From: Zavarzinella sp.
Lineage (GTDB): Bacteria; Planctomycetota; Planctomycetia; Gemmatales; Gemmataceae
NCBI GenBank assembly: GCA_043744795.1
Contig: JAYTTY010000234.1
Location: 993 to 64,992 of the forward strand
Reading direction: 5' to 3'
Length of the DNA: 64,000 nt
Under the pieces are notes generated by a model. The model was not told the origin of the DNA. It saw nothing but the letters and a program-made list of their open reading frames with translations, and did not search any database. Positions 38,701 through 50,700 of this stretch are shown here, piece by piece. A program made the translations under genes and the position numbers. How positions within the stretch are numbered: position 1 is the first letter of the stretch; every line of letters begins with the position of its first letter.

Positions 38701-41700
38701 CCGACGACGACGGCCGCCGTGTCCCGCAGCGTGTACGCGGTCTCGGCGACCCCCATGAAGCAGGCGTCGAACGCGATCAGGTCGAGCGCGGGTTGGCCCG
38801 CGAGGGCAGTGACGACTTCGCCGGGCGTCAGGTGGTCGGCCGGCTGGCCGTCCTGCGTGTCGAAGTTGAAGCCGCGCAGCCCGCCGCCGTGGTCCCAGAA
38901 CACCAAGGCGTAGTGGGCGGCCGGGGCGGCCTTTTTCGCCCAGGCGACGAAGTCCTTCAGCGTGTCGGGGTTCCCGGTGTCCTTCTCCGGCAGAATCTCG
39001 AACTTGGTGGCGACCGCCGCCGGGTTGGTGTCCGGGGCGACGAGCGCGCGGCCGACGGTCCCCCACGCTTTCTGCGTCCCGTTGCCGGTCGGGTACGTTT
39101 TCAGGTTGGCGCTTTGGTCCCACTGCACGGCGATGTTCACCGACCCCGGCAGCCCGGCGACGGCCGTTTCCATCTCGTTCACGTCGTTAAACGCCCGCTC
39201 CGTCAAGCTGTCCGCCGTCATGTACACCATCACCGTCCAGTCGTCCGGCGCGACGGCCGCGGCCGGCGTGTCGAACGTGATGGCGTAGGAACTGCCGGCG
39301 CTCCCGCCCTTGGGGAGGAAGGCCCGCGCGTAATAGGTGCCGGCCGCCCGGCCTTTCAGCGATGCGACCAGACTGCCGTTGGCCCCGACGCCCGCGGCGA
39401 GTTTCGTGCCGGCCGCGTTGTAGAGTTCCAAGCCGAGTTTGCCGTTGGCGGCGGGCGAAGTCAGGGTCACGCTGTGCTGGGCCGTCCCCTTGCCCGTCGT
39501 CGTGAACTTGAACCAGTCCTCGTCCGCGCGGCCCGCGACCGTGTTGAGGGTCAGGTCCACCAACGATTGGTCGCCCTCCAGTTTGCTTTGCCCCGGCGTC
39601 TGGACGACGGACGCGGTCTTGCGCGTCTGGTTGCCGCCGTTCTCCTCCAAGCGGTCGGCGGGCGTGGCCCCGACCGGCGCGGCGACGCGCAGGCGGTACG
39701 CCGGCTGCGTCGCCCCGGCGAAGCCGGACACTTTCGCGTAATACGTCCCGGCCGGCAAGCCTTGCAGGCTGACCGACTCGGTGTCGCCGTTACCCGTCGA
39801 GGCGGCGAGTTGGACGACGCCGGCGGCGTTGAACAGGCGGAGGTCCAAGTCCCCCTCGGCGTGAGTGAAGTCGATGGCCACCGCGTGCCCGGCCTCGCCG
39901 GCGGCGACGGTGACGAACTTGAACCAGTCCGCGTCGCCCGCGGTGTCGATGGAGAGGCCGTCCCACGCCGCGTCGCCGCGCAGTTCGCCCAAGAACGTGG
40001 CCGCGGCCGACGTGTTGTTCGGTTCTTTGGCGTCGGCCGTCAGCGGCCGCGGCGGCCGGACGGTGAGCGTGTACGCCGGGTTGATCGCGGCGCCGTTGCC
40101 GGCCACGCGGACCAAGTACGGGCCGGCGGGCAGGCCCGCCAAACTCACGGCCTCGACGTCGCTCGCCCCGGCGGAACTGCGGATCAATTTGCCGGCGCCG
40201 TCGAACAGGTCCAAGTCGAGGTCGCCTTGGGCGGTGCGGAAGTCGATCCGCACTTCGGACGCCTGCGTGCCGTCGGCGAGCGTGACGAAGGAGAACCAGT
40301 CCGCGTCGCCGGGGGCGTTGACTGACAGCCGGCTGACGGATGTCTGGTCGGCCAGCAACCCCAAGGGCGTCGCCGCCCCGGCGGCGTCGTTCGGCTCGGC
40401 GGCGTCCGGCGAAAAGCCCGCCGGGGTGGTGAGCGTCAGCGAGTACGCGGGGTTGGCCGCGCCGGTCACGCGGACGCGGTACGCGCCGGCCGGCATCCCA
40501 TCGAGACTGATCTCCGCGAAAGTCGCCGACCCGTCCGCGACCGTCACGGTGCCGACGGGAACGCCTTGACCGACGCGGAAGAGGGTCAAGGTGATGTCGC
40601 CGTGGCCGGGGGTGACGTCGATCCGAACCCCGTCGCCCGCTTGGCCCGCGGAGAGCAGGGTCAACTGGAACCAGTCCGCGTCATGCGCGGAGGAGACGCT
40701 CAGGCCCGTCACGACTTGTCGCACGTTGACGACGCCCAAGTCGGTCGCGGTTTCCGCGGCGTTGTTCGGCTCGAAGGCGTCGAGCGGGTAGGCCCCCCCG
40801 GCCGGCGTCTGATCGACGCGGCCGACGAAAAAGTTCCCCGCGGGGCCGCCGGGCAAGACTTGGTCGCCGTCGCCGGCGTCGAACGTCCCGGGGCCGTACA
40901 GGCCGCCGGCGAAGGTGACGCGGCCGGCCGAATCGACGGCGGCCCCGCGCGCCGTGTCGTCGCTCGCGCCGCCCGAGCGGTGCGCCCATTGCCGGTTGCC
41001 GGCCGGGTCGAGCTTGGCGACAAAAGCGTCCGACCCGCCGGCGCTGTCCAGGCGGATTTGGCCCGCGCCGGGGTCGAAGTCGGCCGCCTGCTGGAACGAC
41101 CCGGCGACGTACACGCCGGTCGCGTCCGCGGCCACGCCGGTCCCGGCGTCGATCGCTTCCCCGCCCAACCCCTTCGCCCACACCGACTGGCCGGCCGCGG
41201 AGAGTTGCCATACGAAGGCGTCGGTCGCGCCGTCGCTCTGGACTTCCAGAAGGCCGGCGCCGGGGTCGAAGTCCGCCGTTTCGGCGAACGTGCCCGCGAC
41301 GGCCACCCGGCCGGCGGGATCGACGGCCAGCGCGGCCGCGTCGTCGTCGGCCGGGCCGCCGGCGCGGGTCGCCCACGCCACGTTCCCGTCCTTGTCCAGT
41401 TTCCACGCGAAGGCGTCCCGCAGGCCGGCGCTGGTCTGGTCGAGGACGACCGTCCCCGGGTCGAAGTCGGCCGTCCCCGAGAACGACCCGGCGACGCAGA
41501 CCGCCCCCGCCGCATTGATCACCACGCCGCGGCCGACGTCGTCTCCGGCCGCCCCGCCGACGCGCCGCGCCCACACGCGGGCGCCGTCGGCGGACAGGGC
41601 GCACACGAAGGCGTCCTGACTCCCGTAACTGACGAGTTCGGCCGCCCCGGCGCCGGGGTCAAAGTCGGCCGTCCCCTTAAAAGAGCCGGTCACGACCACG

Positions 41701-44700
41701 CGGCCGGCGCCGGCCGCGACGCCGTTGCCGTAGTCGTCCCCGGCCCCGCCGAGCCGAACGGCCCAGACGGAATTGCCCGCGGCGTCGAGCCGGCAGACGA
41801 AGGCGTCGTACCCGGCCGCCGCCAAGGCGGGCACGCCGACGCCGAAGTCCGCGGAGCCTTTGAAGCGGCCGGTGACGTACACGTTGCCGGCCGCGTCCGC
41901 GGCGACGCCTTGCCCGCCGATGTCGTCCGACCCGCCGAAGCGCTTGGCCCAGAGAAGGTTGCCGGCCGGCGAGTATTTCGCCACGAAGGCGTTTTTGCTG
42001 ACGCCCGTGCTGGTGAGGTTGACTGTGCCGCCGCCGGCGTCGAAGTCCACGGCCCCCTTGAACTCGCCGGTGACGTAGACGTTGCCGGCGGCGTCCGCCG
42101 TGTTGGCGAGGACGGCGCTCTCTCCCGGCCCGCCCGTCGTCCACGCGAAGCCGAACAACGGGTAGACCCCAGCCGTCCCCGCATCGATGACCGTCGGGAC
42201 GGCCGCGTCCGCGGCGAACAGTGGGGACGCGCCTTGCGCGTCCACGTCGCTGTCGAAGGCGCTGTTGCCGCCGCGACTCCGCCCGGTGAAGGTCAACCCC
42301 GGGGCGACGGATGGTTGGACCCGCACATAATAACCCGGCCCGGCCGGCGGCGCGGCGAAGCGGTAAGAGCCGTCCGCCGCGGTGACTTGAGCGCCGACGA
42401 CAACGTCGTCGCCATCGCCAATAACCGCGTTCGTCGAATGGTAAAGCGTGACCACGGCCCCGGCCCCGACGGGTTCCGTCGGGTCGCGCAGGCCGTCGCC
42501 GTCCGAATCGTGCCACACGCGGCCGGTGACGCCGCCGGCGGGGATTTTCCACACGAAGGCGTCGTCCCCGCCCGCGCTCGTCACGGGGTGGGCGGCGGGG
42601 CTGATGTCGAAATCGACGGCGGCTTGGAACGACCCGGTGACGAAGACCGTGCCGTCGGCGGTCACGGCGACGCCGTTGCCGACGGCCGGGTCGGCGCCGG
42701 AGGCGGAGACGGCGTTCACGAACGCGCCGGCCGCGTCGTACTTGGCGACGAACGCCCCCCAGACGCCGCCGACGGCGGGCGTCAACGGGAACACGCCTGG
42801 CCCGGGGTCGAAGTCTCGCCCGTCGTCATAATAACCTGTCGCGTAGACGCTGCCGGCCGCGTCCACGGTGACGGCGCGGTAATACTGGGTCAATTCCCGG
42901 TAGGCGATGATGTACCCGGCGTCGGCGTTTAACTTCACAAAGTGGGAGCCGACCGCGTAGACGCCGTCGCCGGCCGCGACGGTGGCCGAGAGGCGGGTGG
43001 CGAGGAGACTGGTGGTCCACCCCGCGGCGCCCGCGGCGTCGAACTGCGTGACGAAGCCGCCGTGCTCGAAATAGTCATGGTTCCCGCTGACGAAGGCCCG
43101 CCCGAGGGCATCGACGCCGACGCCGGCGGCCGTCTCGTCGGTGGCGTCGCCGGCCTTGCGCGCCCAGAGGTATTTGCCGTCCAGGGCCAATTTGCTGAGG
43201 AACAGGTCGCGGGAGGGCGTGTTGGCCGGGGATGTCTTCAGGGTACTGGTTAAGTTGGCCGCCTTTTTGGCGTCCGGGTCGAAGTCGGCGGTCCCCGCGA
43301 ACGTGCCGGTCGTGAACACGTTGCCGGCCGCGTCCGCGGCGACCCCGGCGACGGTTTCGTCCTTCACGCCGCCGAGTTGTTTGGCCCACACGAAGTCGCC
43401 GGCGGCGGTCATTTTTAGAACGAAGGCGTCCCGGCCCGGCGCGTGGCCGGCGAGAGTCGTCGGGCCGAAGTCGGCGCTGCCCGTGAACGTGCCGGCGACG
43501 AGGACGTTGCCGGCCGCGTCAATCGTGACGGCGACGGCCGCGTCCGCCGCGGACCCGCCGAGCCGCTTGGCCCATTTCAAATTGCCGGCCGGGTCGTACT
43601 TGGCCACGTAGCCGTCGGCCGCGCCCACGCTCGTGAGGAATGTCGTCGCCGGCCGCGGGTCGAAATCGACCGTCCCCGTAAACGTGCCGACTGTGTACAC
43701 GTTGCCGGCGGCGTCCGTTGCAACCGCCCGGCCGGTGTCGGCGCCGCCCGCGCCCATTCCCCACCCGCCGGCGGTGAGCGGGGCTTCTTGAAAACCGGCC
43801 CCCAAATACGCGGTCGCCGCTTGTGTCCGGCGCACCAGCCGCGTCAGCCCGAATTCGTCAATGTCGCTGTCCGCGGCCGGGTCGTTCCCTTGGCTTGGCG
43901 GGGTGACCAAATAGGTCGGCAAGTTGTCGCCCGAAAGGTGAACTTGGGGCAAGCGAATGCGGACGTAGTTCCCGTAACTGTCGGCCGGCTCGAAGAACGA
44001 ATACCCGCCGGTGGTCGTCGTCACGGAATCGACAAGTGTGTCGTCCCCGTTGCCGATCACGCCGTCCACGGAGTCGTACAGTTCGACGGTGGCGTCCGCG
44101 ACCTCCGACTCGGCCGGGTCTTGCACGCCGTCCGCGTCCGCGTCGATCCAAGCCCGGCCTTGGATGACGAATTCGTGCAAGTGGCTGACGAAACCGTCCG
44201 TCGCCCCGCCGGCGGCCAGCAGGAACGGCGTGAAGCCGAAGTCCAAGTCGGCCGTGACTTCAAAGCTGCCGACGACGGTGACGGCCCCCGCTCCGTAAAC
44301 GGCGACGGCCGACGGCGTGTCCGCCCCGACGCCGCCCAAGCGGTCGGCGAGGACGAATTGGCCGCTTGAGGTCAGTTTGACAACGAAGGTGTCCGCGGCG
44401 CCGGCGCTGGTCATGGGAGACGCGCCGGCGTTGAAATTGGCCGCGCCCGCGAACGCCCCGGCGACGTCCACATACCCGCGGGCGTCCGCCGTGACCGCCG
44501 AACCGAAATCGTCGCCGGCCCCGCCGAATTGCTTGACCCAGAGGAAGTTCCCCCCGGCGTCGAATTTGGCCGCATAGGCGTCGGACAGGGCGCTCGCGCT
44601 CGTCAAGTTGAACGGGTTGTTGGACGGGTCGAAGTCCACTGTGCCTTGGAACCCGCCGGTGAACAGGACGTTGCCGGCCGCGTCAAGAGCGAGACCGTTC

Positions 44701-47700
44701 GCCGTGTCGGCAAAGCCGCCGCCGATTTGCTTGGCCCACGCGAGTGAGCCGCCGGTGGTGAGCTTGAGTACGAAGGCGTCCTCGAAACTGCCGCCGACGC
44801 TCGTGAGTGGAAAGGTCGTCGCGGAGGGGTCGAAATCGGCCGTCCCGGCGAAGGAGCCGGCCAAGTAGACGCCGCCGCTGTTGGCGGCGATCCCCGCGAC
44901 TTGCACGGACCCGGCGCCGCCGATTTGTCGCGCCGCGGCCGTGCTGCCGTCCGCCGTGTTCAATTTCAATACGAAGGCGTCGGACCCGGTGGCATTCGTG
45001 AACGCAGTTCCGCCGATCGTGGCGTTGCCTAGAAACGTGCCGGTGGCGTGGATGTTGTTGGCGGCGTCCACGGCGACGGCGCCGCCCGTGTCGTTGCCGG
45101 CGCCGCCGTATCGCTTCGCCCACAGGAACGTGCCGGCGGCGCCGAGCTTCGCCACGAACGCATCGGTCCCGCCGAGGCTCGTCAGCGGCGTCGCGCCGAA
45201 GTCGGCCGAGCCGGTGAATGTCCCCGTCACCACGACGTTGCCGGCCGCGTCCACGGCGACGGCCGCGGCTTGCACGGCGTTCCCCGCGCCGCTGCCGCCC
45301 ATGACCCGCGCCCAGAGCAACTGGTTGGCGGCGTCGTACTTGGCGACGTACCCGGCGCCGTCGCCGTTGTTCATCAGGGAAGTTTCGCCGGGGCCTTGGT
45401 CTGCGTCGGCCGTCACGCCGGTGAAGGCACCGACGACGTAGGTGTTGCCCGCGGCGTCCGCGGCGACGCCGTTGGCGGCGTCGGCCCCGTCGGACCCGAT
45501 CGCCCACGCGGGGGCCGGAGCCGATACGGGTCGCAGGCCGGCGGTGAACGTCTGGACCGGGTCGGCGGAGAGGTCGAACAAGGCTGACCGGCCGAAGCGG
45601 TCCACGGCGCTGTCCCCGCCGGGCGTGGTCACTTCGGCGTACGCCGGGTTGGCGCCGGCCGTCCCGGCCGGCGGGTTGACGCGAATGTATCGGTTCCCGC
45701 CGCGGGCCGGCTCGCGGAAGCGGTACGACCCGTCGGCCCGGGTGGTCACGGCTTCCAGATAGTTGTCATCGCCGTTGCCGACCACGCCATCGACGGCGTC
45801 GAACAACTCCACCGTTGCGTCGATGATTCCCGGCTCGTTGGCATCCCGCACGCCGTCGCCGTCTTGGTCATCCCAGATCACGCCACTGACGCCGGCCAGG
45901 ATCAGTTTGCTCACGAAGGCGTCGTTGGCTCCCGCGGCGGTCACGTTGAATACGGCGGCGGACGGGTCAAAATCGACCGTGCCCCCAAAGTACCCGGCGG
46001 TGTAAACGCCGCCGTGCCCGTCTACCGCCACGGAGGAGCCGCTGTCGCTTGACGCGGCGCCCACCTGTCGAGCCAAGATAAAATTTCCGGCCGCGTCCAG
46101 CTTGCTCACGAACGCATCGAGGTTCCCGGCGCTAGTCAGGGTGAACGCCCCGTTACTCGGGTCGAAATCGGCCGCGCCGACAAAACTCCCGGTGGTGAGC
46201 ACGTTCCCTTGCGGGTCCACGGCCACGCCATCGCCGATGTCATCCGCCGGCCCGCCCATTTGCCGGACCCAGACGAAGTTGCCGTCCCCGTCCAGTTTGC
46301 TCACATAAACATCAAGCCCGCCGAAACTGGTCAGGTTCAAAGTGACGGCCGGGTCGGGATTAAAGTCGGCGGTTTCTTGGAAGTACCCCGTGGTGTGGAC
46401 GTTCCCGGCCGCGTCCACCGCCACCGCGTAGCCAATGACATTCGCTGTCCCGCCCATCCCGCGTGCCCAGACGAAGTTGCCGGCCCCGTCCAATTTGCTC
46501 ACGAATGCGTTGACGAAACCGTTGCCGCGCAGGGTGAAGTTGCCGGCCCCCGGGTCAAAATCAGCCGTCCCCTGGAAGTGCCCGGTGGTGTACACGTTTC
46601 CTTGGCTGTCCACCGCCACGCCATTCCCTGAGACGCCGCTGTCACCGCCGAACCGCCTGGCCCAAACAAAGTTTCCGGCCGCGTCCAGTTTGCTCACATA
46701 CGTCTCGAGGGGACCCGCCCCGGCGGTGGTCAGGTTGTAGACGCCGGCCCCCGGGTCGAAGTCGGCCGTGCCGTCGAAGAGGCCGGTGGTATACACGTTC
46801 CCGGCGTCGTCCGCCGCGAGCGCGGAGGCGTAATCTACGCCCGTTCCTCCAAGCTGCCGGGCCCAAAGGAAGTTGCCGGCCGCGTCCAGCTTGCTCACGA
46901 AAGCGTCATCGGTCCCGGCACTCGTTAGGTTGTAGACGCCGGGGGACGGGTCGAAGTCGGCTGTCCCGGAAAAACTCCCGGTGATATAAACGCTTCCGTT
47001 GGCGTCCACTGCCACCCCCGCGCCAATTTCCTGCGCCACGCCGCCAAGCCCCTTCGCCCAGACCAGCGCCCCGCCAGGGGTATACTTGGCCACGTACGCA
47101 TCGCTCCCCCCGGCGCTGGTCAGGGTGTAAACGCCGGGGGACGGGTCGAAATCAGCCGATGCGGAAAAATATCCGGTCACATACACGTTCCCCGCCGCGT
47201 CCGTGGCCACCGCTTGGCCGCCGTCGGAGCCGCTGTCGCCCGCCGGCGCGGCGAACCCGAACGTGGGGGCGACACCGACCAGCCCGGCGTCCTTGACGGC
47301 GGCCTGATTGCCCGCCAGCGGGAAGGCCGCGGTTTTGCCGGTGGCTTGAACGGCGTCGCTGTCCACGCCGGCCACAGTGAACCCGAACCCGGCCGGCGGC
47401 CGGAATTGCACTGTATATGCGTTGGCGGAGACATCCGGCGGGGCGGGGAACGAGTACGCCCCGTCGGCCCCCGTGACCTGCACGCTGACCGACTTGCCGG
47501 CGCTGTCGAGCAGTTCCGCGACCGCCCCGGCGACGGGTAAATCATCGAGATCTCTCGCGCCGTTCCCGTTCAGGTCGTTCCATACCACACCGCCGATGGT
47601 CGCCGGGGCAAACTTCAACAGAAAGGCGTCGGCCTGGCCGACTCCGGTGAACGGGTACGCGGCGGCCGACGGGTCAACATCCATTGTGCCGCCGTACTCA

Positions 47701-50700
47701 CCCGTCACGAGGACGGCCCCGCGGCCGACCACGGCCACCGCCTCTCCGGTGTCCTTGGAGCCGCTGCCGAACGAGTGGGCCGAGACAAACGCCCCGGCGG
47801 CGTCCAGCTCGCTGACGTAAATGTCTTCGTTGACGCCGACAGCGGCCCGCCAAGCGGCGCCGGGGCCGGGGTCGAAGTCGGCCGTGCTCTTGAACGAGCC
47901 GGCCGTATGCACATGCCCGGCCGCGTCGAGCGCGATCCCGGCTCCTTGGTCCGTGTCCGTCCCGCCGAGCGGCTTCGCCCAAGCGTAATTCCCGGCGGCG
48001 TCCAGCTTGCTCACGTACGCATCGGCGTCGCCGGCGCTGGTCAAGGGGGCCGCCCCCGCGCCCGGGTCAAAGTCGGCCGTGCCGCGGAATTGGCCCGTCG
48101 TATACACGTTCCCTTGGGCGTCGGCCGCGACGGCGGCCCCCGCGTCGTTGGCAGCGCCACCGAGTTGCTTGGCCCAGACGTAGTTGCCGGCGGCGTCCAG
48201 CTTGCTCACGTACGCATCCGAGAAGCCGCCGGCAGTCATGAGCATGGCGGCGGCGGCGCCGGGGTCGAAATCGACGGGGCCGGTGAATGTGCCGGTGGTA
48301 ACGACGCCCCCCAACCCGTCCAGAGCCAGCCCGGTTCCGGCGGCCGTGCCAGCCCCGGTCATCGCCTTGGCCCAGACGTAGTTGCCGGCCTGATCGAGCT
48401 TGCTAACGAAGGCGGCGTCCCCGACCGTACCAGGGGTCAAGGTGGCCGTGCCGGCCCCCGGGTCGAAGTCACCCGCCGCGGCAAAAGAGCCAGTGGTGTA
48501 GACGTTTCCCGCCGAGTCCGCGGCGATGCCGCGGCCGGAGCCGGTCCATGACTTGGCCCAAACGTAGTCGCCGTTCTGATCCAACTTGCTCACGAAGACG
48601 TTCTGGCCGAGGCCGGTCAGCGGGGCCGCCGCCCCGGCCGGGTCGAAGTTGACGGCGCCGGAAAAGACGCCGGTGGTGTACACGTTGCCGGCCGCGTCCA
48701 CGGCGACGGCGGCGGCCTCGTCGGACGACGCCCCGCCGAACACCCTTGCCCACACGAGCGCCCCCGCGGTCGTGTACTTGGCCACGTAGGCGTCGTGCCC
48801 GCCGGCGGCGCCCAACTGGTACACGCCGACGGACGGATCGAAATCGACCGTGCTGGAGAGGAACCCGGCCATATACACATTGCCGGCCGCGTCCACCGTG
48901 ACGGCCCGGCCTTCCTCGAAAGAAGACCCCCCTGCCATGGCCGCGAACCCGAACGCCGGCGCGGCCCCTGTCAGGCCGGCGTCTTGGTGGTACGAGGAGA
49001 GGGCGTCGCCCACATTGTCGAAGGGGGAGTCGTTGAGGGAAAACTTGGCCGTCCGGCCGCCGACGCCGGCGTCGCTGTCCCGCGTGAAGTCCGCCCCTTG
49101 GTCTTGGGCCGTGAAGCCGAGGCCGGGTGGCGCCCGGAATTGGACCCGGTATTTGCCGTCGGTCGGGCTGGCCGGCGGCTCGATGAAGAGGTACGTCCCC
49201 GCCGGGCCGGTGACTTGCGTGCCGAGAGACTTGTCGTCGGAGTCGAGCAATTCGGCGACGGCCCCGGCGACCGCCGCTTCGCCGTTGTCGTACAGGCCGT
49301 CGCCGTCGGTGTCGGCCCACACGCGGCCGCTGGCGCTCTGTTGAGCGAGTTTGAGGACGAAGCCGTCTGTGGCCCCGTTATTGGTCAATGTGTGGTCGCC
49401 GGCGGGCAAGTCGAAGTCGAGGTCCACGGGCCCGGTGAAATACCCGGCGACGACCACGCCGCCGAACGGGTCAGTCGCCACCCCGTCGCCTTCGTCGAAG
49501 CCGCCGCCGCCCGTCCGCCCGGCCCAGACGTATTGGCCGGCCGCGTCCCATTTAATGAGGTAAGCGTCTACGGAGCCGAGGCTGTTCAAAACCTGCGTGC
49601 CGGCCGTGGGGTCGGCGTCAATCGTGCCGGAGAAGTAGCCGGTGGTGTAGATGTTCCCGCCGACATCGACCGCGATGCCGGCCCCGCCGGAATGTTCGAG
49701 CGACGAGCCGGCGACGGACTTGGCCCAGACGAAATGGCCGGCCGCGTCCAGTTTGCTGACGAACGGGTTTTCGTACCCGACGTTGGTCAGGGTGAAGGTC
49801 CCTGGGCTGGGGTCGAAGTCGGCCGTGCCATTGAACTCGCCAGTGGTGTAGACGTTCCCGGCGCCGTCCACGGCGACCGCGGTCCCGACGACGCTGACGG
49901 TATTGCCTGTCTGCCCGAGCGGGCTGGCCCAAAGCAGGTTGCCGTCCGGGTCCAATTTGCTGACGTAGCCGTCCGTGTACGCGGCGGTCCGGTTTTGGAC
50001 GCCGGGGCCGGGGTCGAGGTCCGCCGTGCCCGTGAAGTATCCGGTGGTTACGGCGTTCCCTTGCGCGTCCAACGTGACGCCGTAGGCCCGGTCGTGCGTC
50101 GCCCCGCCCCACCGCTTGGCCCAGCGGAAGTTGCCGGCCGCGTCCAACTTGGCCGCGAAGGCGTCGTCCCCGCCGGCGCTGGTTAGGTTGTAAGCGCCGG
50201 CCCCTGGGTCGAAATCGCCCGTGCCCCGGAAGTAGCCGGTGACGACCACGGTGCCGGCGAAATCGACCGCGATTCCAGTCCCGAAGTCCTCAGCCGTTCC
50301 GCCCAGCGCCTTGGCCCAAACGAAGTTGCCCGACGAGTCCAGCTTGCTGACGTAGGCGTCCCACGCCCCGTTGCCGATCAACGTATAAACGCCGGCGCTC
50401 GGGTCGAAGTCGCCTTGGCCGAAGAGGGTTCCGACGGTGTACACGTTCCCTTGGCCGTCGAGTGCAATTCCAGCCGCGCCGTCCCCACCCAACGCCTTCG
50501 CCCAGACCAGCGCCCCGGCCGGGGTGTACTTGGCCACATAGCCGTCCGAGCCGCCGTCGCTGGTCAGGTTGGTCACGACGGCGGACGGGTCGAAATCGAC
50601 GGTCCCGGAAAAGTTGCCGGTCACATACGCGTAGCCGGCGCCGTCGGTGGTGACGGCTCGGCCCGCGTCGTCCGAGCCGCCGCCGATGTCCAAGGCGTAC

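Noticed and set aside
34002-42932. Several 700-800 aa plus-strand ORFs (34002..36182, 37926..40325, 40566..42932)
   Set aside because: They are antisense to the FG-GAP and giant genes, are Arg/Gly-rich with no motifs, and are typical of stop-poor high-GC reverse frames
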